Source of the DNA: a virus
Taxonomy: Duplodnaviria > Heunggongvirae > Uroviricota > Caudoviricetes
Length of the DNA stretch: 16,522 nt
Virus record (IMG/VR): IMGVR_UViG_2548876964_000023
Direction: 5' to 3' (one strand)
In this document: positions 1 through 7,665 of the stretch, piece after piece
How positions within the stretch are numbered: the stretch's first letter is position 1
Layout of the letters: every line of letters begins with the position of its first letter
The notes under the pieces: model-generated
Database searches by the model: none
Told to the model about the DNA's origin: nothing
The model's input: the letters and a program-made list of their open reading frames with translations, nothing else
Program-made: the position numbers and the translations under genes

Positions 1-100
1 TGTTGAATGACGCCCATACCACGTCGTTATACAATTCAATAACTGGCTCAATTATTTTTCCGATTATCCAGACTAGGATTAACGGGGATATCGGTATCAT
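1..100 (-). CDS. Possible small hydrophobic protein, partial (runs off the window start); translation from ATG at 100-98 reads MIPISPLILVWIIGKIIEPVIELYNDVVWASFN...
   Basis: Open frame on the minus strand from an ATG to the window edge, continuing the minus-strand phage operon. No clear Shine-Dalgarno. Weak call. Confidence 0.2.
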   Translation of the reverse strand, partial: MIPISPLILVWIIGKIIEPVIELYNDVVWASFN

Positions 101-212
101 CAACACGATAAACAGAATGAGAAACAGAAATTCTGTTGTTCTACTCTTTCGCGGATATTTTTTCTAAATAATGTGACCATTCATTACCGCCCTTTCGGGC
201 GGCCTCCTGACA

Positions 213-425
213 TTAATCGTTGTGATAACTCATAGCTTCATTTGCAGCATCAACTGGATCAACCTCCCTCCAGCAATAATTTGGGTCGGCTCCTTCAGGC
301 GTCCACGGTTCTAATTCATTTTTTGCCGCATTCTCATCGCCAGTAATTTTAAAAATCTGCTCAGAGAATTTTCTTGCCCACTCGTTATATTTTTCCGCAT
401 TAATGGCTTTCTGTGTATTTAACAT
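213..425 (-). CDS. Hypothetical prophage protein (70 aa)
   Basis: ORF with a GGAGG Shine-Dalgarno about 9 nt upstream of the ATG (revcomp of 430-445); same orientation as the early-right operon. Confidence 0.6.
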   Translation of the reverse strand: MLNTQKAINAEKYNEWARKFSEQIFKITGDENAAKNELEPWTPEGADPNYCWREVDPVDAANEAMSYHND

Positions 426-475
426 AAATACACCTCCAGTTAAGGATTAGATTTTATTTACAGCGCTAAATTTAT

Positions 476-832
476 TTATTCAGTTCTGGATTTTGTCACC
501 CTGCGTATCCGCGCTTTCGCGTTACGCTCAATCTGAATTAACTTTTCTATATTTTTCCGCCTTTCCTGTTCCTCCTGGCGCAATAGCTTTACATCATCTG
601 CCAGCCTAGTTTCTCTTTTCGCCACAGAGAGCATCCAGTCAAATGGCTCCACAACTGCACCGCAGATTTTACAGCGGACCTGACGCTCTTTTTCGTCAAC
701 CCGGACAGAGGCGTGATGACAATATGGTCTTTCCGATGGCTCATAAAGAAAATTAACCTGATTACGAGGGTCATCCTCTTTTACCGGAAATAAAACGATA
801 TTGCTTAACTCATCTTCTGGTTTTATTTCCAT
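476..832 (-). CDS. Hypothetical prophage protein with a Cys cluster (C-x17-C-x2-C, zinc-ribbon-like) and a basic C-terminus
   Basis: ORF with an AAGGAGAGGAG Shine-Dalgarno immediately upstream; overlaps the upstream gene by 23 nt, as is typical of phage operons. Confidence 0.6.
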   Translation of the reverse strand: MEIKPEDELSNIVLFPVKEDDPRNQVNFLYEPSERPYCHHASVRVDEKERQVRCKICGAVVEPFDWMLSVAKRETRLADDVKLLRQEEQERRKNIEKLIQIERNAKARIRRVTKSRTE

Positions 833-1271
833 GCTCCTCTCCTTTGATGCGAATGCCAGCGACGCGTAATGCGTGTTCTAGGTCAATCAGGTAAAGCCAA
901 CTGCCATTTTCTTTAGGTATCATGACATGTCGCTCATCTGCATTTATCGGGTGTCCATATCGAAGGTCGTAGCGAGTCGGTAATTGAACTTCCCGCGCAT
1001 CCAGTTCAGCAATACGCTTGCTCCCATCAGAGATAACGCCTTCGTAATACTCACGCTGCTCGTTGAGTTGTGATTTTGCTTCTTCCAGTCCATCCAGCAA
1101 ACCAGCGATAATATCCGCTTCCCGATGACGGATATGACGCTTAAACGCAGCAAGAGCCGCATCACAATCCCGTTCAGCATTTGGGCTGTCCGGGGTAGCC
1201 TGATACCACGCCAGCGTCGACTGATAGTTTTGTGCTGCCTCACGAAGCGCCTCATAGTTAACCTCTCTCAT
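810..1271 (-). CDS. Hypothetical prophage protein (153 aa)
   Basis: ATG preceded by AGGAGG at about 8 nt; ATGA stop/start overlap with the upstream gene (1268-1271). Confidence 0.6.
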   Translation of the reverse strand: MREVNYEALREAAQNYQSTLAWYQATPDSPNAERDCDAALAAFKRHIRHREADIIAGLLDGLEEAKSQLNEQREYYEGVISDGSKRIAELDAREVQLPTRYDLRYGHPINADERHVMIPKENGSWLYLIDLEHALRVAGIRIKGEEHGNKTRR

Positions 1272-1564
1272 TGAGCCACCTCCTGATAAATCACCGCATG
1301 CCCCAGTCTCTCCGCCAGTGCCAGCTCTGCCTTAGCGCCCGCTGACCGCTGCCAGCCATTCAGCATGTAAATCGCATCCACACAACGAATCATTGCCATG
1401 CAAATATCCATGTAGTGCGGCTGTGTCAGCCCGTCCGGAAGTACTGCCGGGTTTAAGACGGTATGCCCTTCCCGTTTCAGTTCCTCTTCCACCTTGTGAA
1501 ATGCCTCACGGTTGAAATTTTCATATCCCGTCATTGGACCGGCAATATAAACTCTCACCCTCAC
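1268..1564 (-). CDS. DUF4406-like / nucleoside 2-deoxyribosyltransferase-like small protein (98 aa)
   Basis: GTG start with AGGAGG 8 nt upstream; N-terminal motif V-Y-I-A-G-P-M-T-G, recalled as characteristic of the DUF4406 / deoxyribosyltransferase-like fold. Family assignment is from memory, not a search. Confidence 0.55.
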   Translation of the reverse strand: MRVRVYIAGPMTGYENFNREAFHKVEEELKREGHTVLNPAVLPDGLTQPHYMDICMAMIRCVDAIYMLNGWQRSAGAKAELALAERLGHAVIYQEVAQ

Positions 1565-1983
1565 TCCATCACCTCCTGAAAGTTTCCCCGATAGAACGCC
1601 AGCACACGCTGCATAACTTCGCTCCTCCTGCTCTCACGACAAATTATGTTCTGGTGCCTGTCGTAGCGGCGTATTTCGCCGTCTGGTAACGACCAGATAA
1701 GGTCCGGATCAACCACTGCAGGTTTCTTCAGCTTTGCCCTTGAGAGCTTTTTACGGGTATTTTGCCAGTCCTTACGCGCCTGTTCAGACGGGAATAACCC
1801 GTAACCAGAGTTGTATACATCGCCACTGGCAACCAGCTCTCTGGCCAGAACGCTCATCAGATATCTTGTTGCCCCAGTTTTAGCTTCCAGTTGTCGTAAC
1901 GTCTCGCGCCCACTCTGGCGTACGAGTTCAAGAACCTGCCCTTTAATTTTTTCCCGCTCTTCTTGTGTAAAAACTTTTGCCAC
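1561..1983 (-). CDS. Hypothetical prophage protein (140 aa)
   Basis: GTG start with AGGAGG about 6 nt upstream; GTGA overlap with the downstream gene; lies between the replication gene and the small-gene cluster. Confidence 0.6.
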   Translation of the reverse strand: MAKVFTQEEREKIKGQVLELVRQSGRETLRQLEAKTGATRYLMSVLARELVASGDVYNSGYGLFPSEQARKDWQNTRKKLSRAKLKKPAVVDPDLIWSLPDGEIRRYDRHQNIICRESRRSEVMQRVLAFYRGNFQEVME

Positions 1984-2023
1984 AAGCCCTCCTGAAAATT
2001 ACCTCATGACCAGAAATTAACAC

Positions 2024-3094
2024 TTACCCCCTGAAGCCCGGCGGAATTTCGTTATCCGGTTCAGAAATATGATTCACACAACGCTGGTTGTTCGTGCCGC
2101 TTACCGGGAGCAACCAGGGGTTCTCAAAATTCCGGTCCGGTCCAAAAAACGTCGTCGCTCGCTGAACAAATTCCGTTCCCGTTTTCCCGGTAGCCGCCAA
2201 GTATCTTGCGTAACGCCTCACGCCATCCAGCATGGCCTCTGGTGGCACCCCCTCGCGTAATCTGGCCTTCCAGGCACTGAAAGCGGATTTCTTCGGGTTT
2301 GCCCCAGCACGCAACGGGTACTCCCGCCAGACCTGTTCGAACACATCCGGATAATCCACTCGTCCCACAGACTGACCGGTGTTTTCCGGGACTACCCGAT
2401 CGGCTTCCCGCTGAATGGCGGAATCGGCTTCAGGCTGCTGAAGTTGGTGTGATTGCTCCTGCCTTGCGGTCATCACCTGCTGCACAGCGCCCGAATCGGC
2501 TTTCAGCGCATACGCTGAATCGGCTTCCGGTGTCGTGCCTGCTGGCTGACCAGGATTGACGGTCTGAACATCCCCTGCCTGGTTCGTGGCGTTTTTTACG
2601 CCATGGACCATAGTGTTTTGATCTTCTTGATCTGTATCTTTATCTGTATCTTTATCTGTCGTGACTCGTCGTGACATGTGCGTGACATTTCGTGACTCGC
2701 CGTGACAATCGCCATTTTGTTCCCGCTTTCTTTCCCTCTCTCGCTGCGCCCTCTTGCGCTCTGCCGGAGATTTTGCGGTTTGCGAAATATTGCCGTTGTC
2801 CTCTTTCAGCACCTGGCGTTTTTCCCATCCAGTGATTAAATCACCATCAAGTACCCGCCCCTGCATCGTCTGCAAAATTGAATCAATTACCTCTTCTGTC
2901 ACGTCGAGCGCACTTGCCAAATCTTCTGTCGTGACATCAATGTGACCTCGCGTGACATTTCGTGACGCGCTCACCAGGAGGTGGATATACACTGCCATCA
3001 CTGTTGCAATTGGCTGCCCTGACACCCTGGCAATTGTTCGCCACTTAGGGTCATTTGGCATGTCATGCCATAATCTGAGCCAGGCGTTAGCCAT
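2024..3094 (-). CDS. Phage replication initiation / replisome-organizer protein (lambda O-like), with an internal acidic TDKD repeat linker
   Basis: N-terminus (M)ANAWLRLWHDMPNDPKWRTIARVSG resembles the N-terminal domain of phage replisome organizers. Position after the Cro-like and CII-like genes matches lambda O. Two iteron arrays lie inside the gene. Start may be GTG 3100 or ATG 3094 (GAGG upstream). Confidence 0.7.
   Translation of the reverse strand: MANAWLRLWHDMPNDPKWRTIARVSGQPIATVMAVYIHLLVSASRNVTRGHIDVTTEDLASALDVTEEVIDSILQTMQGRVLDGDLITGWEKRQVLKEDNGNISQTAKSPAERKRAQRERERKREQNGDCHGESRNVTHMSRRVTTDKDTDKDTDQEDQNTMVHGVKNATNQAGDVQTVNPGQPAGTTPEADSAYALKADSGAVQQVMTARQEQSHQLQQPEADSAIQREADRVVPENTGQSVGRVDYPDVFEQVWREYPLRAGANPKKSAFSAWKARLREGVPPEAMLDGVRRYARYLAATGKTGTEFVQRATTFFGPDRNFENPWLLPVSGTNNQRCVNHISEPDNEIPPGFRG
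2631..2706. repeat. Origin-like repeat block inside the replication gene: tandem 12-bp TCTGTATCTTTA x2, then five CGTGAC iterons at 10-11 bp spacing (2660, 2670, 2681, 2691, 2701)
   Basis: Direct repeats read from the sequence; helical-turn phasing is typical of initiator-binding iterons. Confidence 0.55.
2898..2966. repeat. Second iteron cluster: CGTGAC/TGTGAC at 2930, 2941, 2951, 2961 plus an inverted copy GTCACG at 2898; GCGTGACATTTCGTGAC is duplicated from 2680-2696
   Basis: Direct and inverted repeats read from the sequence. Confidence 0.5.
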
Positions 3095-3165
3095 ACTCAC
3101 CTCTTCTGATACCGAATCTTTTTACTCACGAGTTGCCGGAAGCGATTCGATACGGCTATTGTCAG

Positions 3166-3591
3166 TCAATGTACTGCCACAGCATTTCCTGCCGGGCCAC
3201 CACGGTTCATCTGATTGAAACCGGCGATTGCCACTGCGACAAAATCATCAGCGTCTCTCACCAGTCGCTCCCGCGTCTCCACCAGCTCCCGAAAATAAGC
3301 TGAACTGTGGCTGCGCATTCTGGCCACCAGCAAAGGTGGCATTGCCTTTTCGATCGCTGGTAACAACGCCTGAATTTTTTCAACTGCATCAGGGGTGTCT
3401 TTCTCTACCCAGCGGAAAATTTTCTGGGTATTGCGAGCCAGGGCTTCCGGATGGCTGTCGTCATACAGTTCAGGAAACGTCATACCCAACTCAAAATAAG
3501 CCTGGGTTATTCCAGCTGCTGGAACTTTTTCGCCATCAGGACGCGCCCAGGCATTCATCGCCATGCGGATGTGTTCATGCTTGATTTTCAT
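3166..3591 (-). CDS. YdaT-like (CII-like) prophage regulatory protein (141 aa)
   Basis: N-terminus MKIKHEH... and size match my recollection of the Rac YdaT family; sits immediately downstream of the Cro-like gene with a 17-nt overlap; AGGAG Shine-Dalgarno. Confidence 0.6.
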   Translation of the reverse strand: MKIKHEHIRMAMNAWARPDGEKVPAAGITQAYFELGMTFPELYDDSHPEALARNTQKIFRWVEKDTPDAVEKIQALLPAIEKAMPPLLVARMRSHSSAYFRELVETRERLVRDADDFVAVAIAGFNQMNRGGPAGNAVAVH

Positions 3592-3856
3592 GAATCAAGC
3601 TCCTAGTAAGTGGTTGTGTTAACGTTTTGGTATCTTCCAGCTCGGGCCAAATATTCATCCAATCAAAAGGCCTTAGTTGCTGACGTGTAACTTCACCATT
3701 ACTGGCTCGCTCAATAAGGACACATAACGATGCCCCTAACATTTGACCTTTACTCAATGCCTTTCTTAGATAACCGATGCTAGTACCACACTCACATGCA
3801 AACATACGCTGTTCATCTGACGAAAGAGAATTGAGAAATATTCTTAATTCTTCCAT
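3575..3856 (-). CDS. Cro/YdaS-like HTH transcriptional regulator (93 aa), functional analogue of DicC
   Basis: HTH-like segment CGTSIGYLRKALSKGQ...; AAGGAG Shine-Dalgarno 6-7 nt upstream; divergent from the repressor gene across an operator-containing intergenic region. Confidence 0.65.
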   Translation of the reverse strand: MEELRIFLNSLSSDEQRMFACECGTSIGYLRKALSKGQMLGASLCVLIERASNGEVTRQQLRPFDWMNIWPELEDTKTLTQPLTRSLIHENQA

Positions 3857-3885
3857 AGCTACTCCTTAGTAAACACAGCAAGAAT

Positions 3886-3920
3886 ACCCACAGGTAAACA
3901 AAAGTCAATACCCTTGGGTT
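3886..3920. promoter_or_regulatory. Operator-like pair between the cro-like and repressor genes: TACCCACAGGTA (3886-3897) and TACCCTTGGGTT (3909-3920), centres 23 bp apart
   Basis: Imperfect inverted repeats sharing the consensus TACCC-NN-GGGTA with the perfect palindromes at 4418-4455. Confidence 0.5.
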
Positions 3921-3955
3921 GTTTACCTTGCGGTAATCGCATCTATTATTTACCT

Positions 3956-4375
3956 ATGGACAAATATGAATTTAGACGACAACAACTCATCAAAATTCGT
4001 GATGAGAAATGCGATGGTAAAGCGGTTAACGTGGCCAGAAAGATCGGTCGCGAGCCTTCTTATGTATCAAGAATGTTGTACCCAGAGGGGAAAAAAGGAA
4101 AAAAACGGATCGCTGATGATATGGTGGAGATTATAGAAGAGTCCTTTGGGTTACCCCGGGGATGGATGGATGGTATCGTTTCATCATCAACGAACACAGC
4201 CTCCAATTATGAAACAAGGGTTCTAACGCCACGACAACGTATTTTTTTAGATCTCTTAGACGAACTGCCAGAAAGTGAAGCGGATAACTTATTAAAAACT
4301 CTTGAAGAGAAAAAACAGTATTACAATATGATCTACGAAGAAATCCGTAAAAAGAAAGCACAAAACGCATCATAA
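3956..4375 (+). CDS. DicA-like prophage repressor (HTH, no peptidase domain); probably translated from a leaderless mRNA
   Basis: Divergent from the cro-like gene. C-terminal LTPRQRIFLDLLDELPESEADNLL resembles my recollection of DicA (…LSPKELELLELFNALPESEQD…). TATTAT at 3944-3949 ends 6 nt before the ATG and there is no Shine-Dalgarno. The TTG at 3914 given in the ORF track is rejected as the start. Confidence 0.65.
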   Translation: MDKYEFRRQQLIKIRDEKCDGKAVNVARKIGREPSYVSRMLYPEGKKGKKRIADDMVEIIEESFGLPRGWMDGIVSSSTNTASNYETRVLTPRQRIFLDLLDELPESEADNLLKTLEEKKQYYNMIYEEIRKKKAQNAS

Positions 4376-4417
4376 CTCACCAAACAACCAGTCACCAGTT
4401 AAGACACATCAAAAAAT

Positions 4418-4455
4418 TACCCATGGGTATTTACTTTTTAAATACCCATGGGTAT
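4418..4455. promoter_or_regulatory. Two perfect palindromic operator-like sites, TACCCATGGGTA at 4418-4429 and ATACCCATGGGTAT at 4442-4455, centres 25 bp apart, upstream of the ydfA-dicF-dicB operon
   Basis: Perfect palindromes read from the sequence; position is analogous to lambda OL/pL. Confidence 0.55.
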
Positions 4456-4640
4456 CCTTCCTTTCATACCAACCCACCCCGTCCCACAGAACGCAGGGCA
4501 ATACTTCGAGTTACCAGGCAGTGGTCAGGGGGTAAGTAGCCAGCCCGAGGCGTAAGAACATGACGGCAGGGTTCAACTTTAATAACTATGCAGCAGGTTT
4601 TTGTTCCGCTACCCCGGCGTTAAGGGGAAATGAGGTCAGC

Positions 4641-4793
4641 ATGGATACTATCGATCTTGGCAACAGCGAATCTCTGGTATGCGGCGTGTTTCCCAACCAG
4701 GACGGTACGTTTACCGCGATGACGTATACCAAAAGTAAAACGTTTAAAACCGAAGCTGGCGCGCATCGCTGGTTAGCAAGAAACTCCGACTGA
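4641..4793 (+). CDS. ydfA: YdfA/YdaF-family small prophage protein (51 aa)
   Basis: MDTIDLGNSESLVCGVFPNQDGTFTAMTYTKSKTFKTEAG... matches my recollection of Qin YdfA; GAGG 7 nt upstream of ATG 4641. The longer ORF from 4560 is rejected. Confidence 0.6.
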   Translation: MDTIDLGNSESLVCGVFPNQDGTFTAMTYTKSKTFKTEAGAHRWLARNSD

Positions 4794-4804
4794 TGAGGTT
4801 GACG

Positions 4805-5443
4805 ATGGAATTTAAAGATTTACCTCCTTCAATCCAGGAGATTGCAGCACACACACTTCGTCATCGTCTGAACGAACTTGAATTGGAATCGGTAACGAAA
4901 AAAGACACTGATAATATGGCTCGTAATGTGCGCGATGCGTTTACCGGATTGTATTTCTGTGCGTCTATAAATAAACACGACTCAGAGAGTGTGGCAAATA
5001 AAATTGCAGAAACGACAGCGCAAAACATCAATACGAAACCAACGGAAGAAGAAATTGATCAGTTTGCTCATGATGCTGGTTTAAAAAACAAGAAAGAAAA
5101 ATCGCCATATGCGGGGAACATGTTTGTTTATGACAATCTCATCAGAATTCGTGGCGAAATTCCGGCGGAATACCTGGCAAGAGTCCATCAGGCATTGCTT
5201 AAAAATTTGGAAACAGAATTATTTGATGGCAACACTAACGGTTTCTTCATGGTATCAGGCCTTGATAAAGACTGGGATGCAGAAAAACGCTGGAATGTTG
5301 CTACATGGTTATTCAGTAACAGAGCCGCTGCACTGGAAGCTTCGGCATGTATTTGCGGCCTGTTCTTAACAGACCACAAATATAATCTGGATGTGTACAG
5401 TTATATTTACGCTGAACACGGTCCACTCTGGATTGACTGGTAA
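4805..5443 (+). CDS. Hypothetical prophage protein (213 aa)
   Basis: ORF with GAGG 6 nt upstream of ATG 4805 (alternative ATG at 4793 overlaps the ydfA stop as TGATG). No recognisable family. Confidence 0.6.
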   Translation: MEFKDLPPSIQEIAAHTLRHRLNELELESVTKKDTDNMARNVRDAFTGLYFCASINKHDSESVANKIAETTAQNINTKPTEEEIDQFAHDAGLKNKKEKSPYAGNMFVYDNLIRIRGEIPAEYLARVHQALLKNLETELFDGNTNGFFMVSGLDKDWDAEKRWNVATWLFSNRAAALEASACICGLFLTDHKYNLDVYSYIYAEHGPLWIDW

Positions 5444-5653
5444 TTATAAGGAAACACCAGCAGGGCCGCGGCGACCAACAGAACGATTAAAATCAATAAT
5501 GCCATTATAAAGGACATTATTTAATTTATCGTCGAATGCTGATTCTGTGAGCCTCAACTCTGAATGAGTTTTTAATAACCCTGATTGCCTGAGTTGATTT
5601 ACCAGGCATTCAATCTGTTTTTCAATAAGCGGATTTCTTTTTTTGTTTGGCAT
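5444..5653 (-). CDS. Hypothetical small protein (70 aa), convergent with the preceding gene
   Basis: ATG at 5653 preceded by GGAGGA at 5 nt; the stop abuts the stop of the plus-strand gene. Confidence 0.45.
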   Translation of the reverse strand: MPNKKRNPLIEKQIECLVNQLRQSGLLKTHSELRLTESAFDDKLNNVLYNGIIDFNRSVGRRGPAGVSL

Positions 5654-5990
5654 TTTATCCTCCATTGAGGTTCTGGGTTAAAAATGGAGACCAACACGCT
5701 GTCACGTGTGGTCGTGCGCCGGACACGGATAAGAATCCGGTACTGACAGTTTACTGAAAGGATATTTCCCTGAAAAGTCAGGGCATAACGCGAAAGCGTA
5801 CGGCGAAGCTCTTTCCCTTAGAAGGCTTGTCGTTAGATTTCTTCGAACGTGCGCTTCCGGTTGTGGCACTCCGCGAAATGGCGCGGCGGTAAGTATGGCG
5901 GGGTTATTCCTTCCCCGTTGAGGACACCGGGTTGTCAGGTTGACCATACGCTTAAGTGACAACCCCGCTGCAACGCCCTCTGTTATCAAT

Positions 5991-6046
5991 TTTCTGGTGA
6001 CGTTTGGCGGTATCAGTTTTACTCCGTGGCTGCTCTGCCGCCCTTT
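5991..6046 (+). ncRNA. dicF: DicF small RNA (Hfq-dependent sRNA that inhibits ftsZ translation), ending in an intrinsic terminator
   Basis: TTTCTGGTGACGTTTGGCGGTATCAGTTTTACTCCGTGGCTGCTCTGCCGCCC followed by TTTTT; near-identical to the DicF sequence as I remember it, and located immediately upstream of dicB as in Qin. Confidence 0.7.
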
Positions 6047-6223
6047 TTAAAGTGAATTTTGTGATGCGGTGAATGCGGCTAAGCGCACGCGGAACAGTTA
6101 AAACAAGCGGTCTTTTACGGGCGTAACGGGAATGCTCTGTATCCGGCGTTAATTGTTAACTGGTTAACGTCACCTGGAGGCACCAGGCACTGCATCACAA
6201 AATTCATTGTTGAGGACGCGATA

Positions 6224-6412
6224 ATGGAAACGTTATTACCAAACGTTAATACGTCTGAAGGTTGTTTTGAAATTGGTGTCACTATCAGTAACCCTGTATT
6301 TACTGAAGATGCCATTAACAAGAGAAAACACGAACGGGAGCTATTAAATAAAATATGCATTCTTTCAATGCTGGCCCGTTTACGTCCGATACAAAAAGGA
6401 TGCTGGCAATGA
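6224..6412 (+). CDS. dicB: Cell-division inhibitor DicB (62 aa)
   Basis: METLLPNVNTSEGCFEIGVTISNPVFTEDAINKRK... matches recalled DicB; GAGGA 7 nt upstream; ATGA overlap with the next gene. Confidence 0.85.
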   Translation: METLLPNVNTSEGCFEIGVTISNPVFTEDAINKRKHERELLNKICILSMLARLRPIQKGCWQ

Positions 6413-6600
6413 ATACAGCATTTGCACTTGTTCTGACAGTTTTTCTTGTTTCCGGAGAGCCAGTTGATATTGCAGTCAGTGTTCACAGGACAATGCAGGA
6501 GTGTGTAACTGCAGCAACCGAACAGAAAATTCCCGGTAACTGTTACCCGGTCGATAAAGTTATTCACCAGGATAATAACGAAATCCCGGCAGGTCTTTAA
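6409..6600 (+). CDS. ydfD: YdfD-like small membrane/lysis protein (63 aa)
   Basis: MNTAFALVLTVFLVSGEPVD... matches recalled Qin YdfD; hydrophobic N-terminus; translationally coupled to dicB; AAGGA upstream. Confidence 0.8.
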   Translation: MNTAFALVLTVFLVSGEPVDIAVSVHRTMQECVTAATEQKIPGNCYPVDKVIHQDNNEIPAGL

Positions 6601-6692
6601 AACAGTTCCGTAATAAACATCCGATTTCATTCTTATATGCCAGCAATGGCAGGGATTTGTTCACCCTTAAATCTGTAATGAGGTAAAACAAA

Positions 6693-7637
6693 ATGAGTAA
6701 AGTCTTTATTTGCGCCGCCATTCCGGACGAACAGGCAATAAAGGAAGAAGGTGCAGTCGCTGTAGCCACTGCCATTGAAGCCGGTGATGAATGTCGCGCC
6801 CGCGCAAAATTTCACTGGCAATTCCTGGAACATTATCCGGCTGCTCAGGACTGCGCTTATAAATTTATTGTCTGCGAGGATAAACCTGGCATACCCCGCC
6901 CTGCCCTCGATTCATGGGATGCTGAATATATGCAGGAAAACCGCTGGGATGAGGAGTCTGCTTCTTTTGTCCCGGTTGAGACTGAATCCTATCCGATGAA
7001 CGTCACTTTTGACAAGCTGGCCCCTGAAGTACAGAACGCTGTCATGGTTAAGTTCGACACATGTGAAAACATCACCGTTGATATGGTTATTAGCGCACAG
7101 GAATTGTTGCAGGAAGACATGGCAACATTCGACGGACATATCGTTGAAGCGTTGATGAAAATGCCAGAAGTTAACACCATGTATCCGGAGCTTAAGTTGC
7201 ACGCCATTGGGTGGGTTAAGCATAAATGTATTCCTGGTGCTAAATGGCCCGAAATTCAGGCAGAGATGCGCATCTGGAAAAAACGTCGCGAAGGTGAACG
7301 CAAGGAAACCGGAAAATACACGTCTGTTGTTGATCTCGCCCGCGCCAGAGCCAATCAACAGTACACTGAAAATTCAACAGGAAAAATCAGCCCGGTCATT
7401 GCTGCCATTCATCGCGAATACAAGCAGACATGGAAAACACTGGATGACGAACTGGCCTACGCTCTCTGGCCTGGTGATGTGGATGCCGGAAACATTGACG
7501 GCAGCATCCATCGCTGGGCAAAAAATGAAGTTATCGACAACGGCCGCGAAGACTGGAAGCGTATCTCGGCATCAATGCGCAAACAGCCTGATGCCCTTCG
7601 CTACGACCGCCAGACTATTTTTTGGCCTTGTCCGTGA
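6693..7637 (+). CDS. YdfE-like prophage protein (314 aa)
   Basis: ORF with GAGG 9 nt upstream; sits where ydfE lies in Qin (dicB-ydfD-ydfE-int). Assigned by synteny, not by sequence recognition. Confidence 0.65.
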   Translation: MSKVFICAAIPDEQAIKEEGAVAVATAIEAGDECRARAKFHWQFLEHYPAAQDCAYKFIVCEDKPGIPRPALDSWDAEYMQENRWDEESASFVPVETESYPMNVTFDKLAPEVQNAVMVKFDTCENITVDMVISAQELLQEDMATFDGHIVEALMKMPEVNTMYPELKLHAIGWVKHKCIPGAKWPEIQAEMRIWKKRREGERKETGKYTSVVDLARARANQQYTENSTGKISPVIAAIHREYKQTWKTLDDELAYALWPGDVDAGNIDGSIHRWAKNEVIDNGREDWKRISASMRKQPDALRYDRQTIFWPCP

Positions 7638-7665
7638 ACGTCCGATCGACATTCACAAAGACCCT

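Noticed and set aside
2631-2706. Short regularly spaced repeats considered as a possible CRISPR array
   Set aside because: Repeat units are 6-12 bp with about 10-bp periodicity, lie inside a coding gene, and have no spacer-like unique segments of 30 nt or more. They are iterons, not CRISPR repeats.
2069-3584. Plus-strand ORFs 2069-2260, 2299-2559, 2754-2945, 2952-3218 and 3228-3584
   Set aside because: All antisense to the replication-initiator and YdaT-like genes; Pro/Arg/Ser-rich translations typical of shadow frames in GC-balanced coding DNA.
3914-3955. TTG at 3914 as the repressor start (N-terminal MGCLPCGNRIYYLP extension)
   Set aside because: The extension overlaps the operator-like site at 3909-3920 and is not protein-like. 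ATG 3956 with a leaderless-type promoter is more consistent.
5702-5989. 95-codon minus-strand ORF in the region upstream of dicF; also considered whether this GC-rich structured stretch is a retron or other ncRNA
   Set aside because: Arg/Pro-rich junk-like translation with no ribosome-binding site. The region is more simply the processed leader of the dicF-dicB transcript; no retron-like repeats or reverse-transcriptase gene nearby.
6115-6630. 171-codon minus-strand ORF
   Set aside because: Lies antisense across dicB and ydfD; Cys-rich, low-complexity translation with no ribosome-binding site. Shadow ORF of the well-supported plus-strand genes.
7207-7637. ATG at 7207 as the start of the integrase (624-aa ORF)
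   Set aside because: Would overlap the ydfE-like gene by 430 nt in another frame; the translation in this stretch is less protein-like than the ydfE frame. The openness is noted as an anomaly, not as a gene start.
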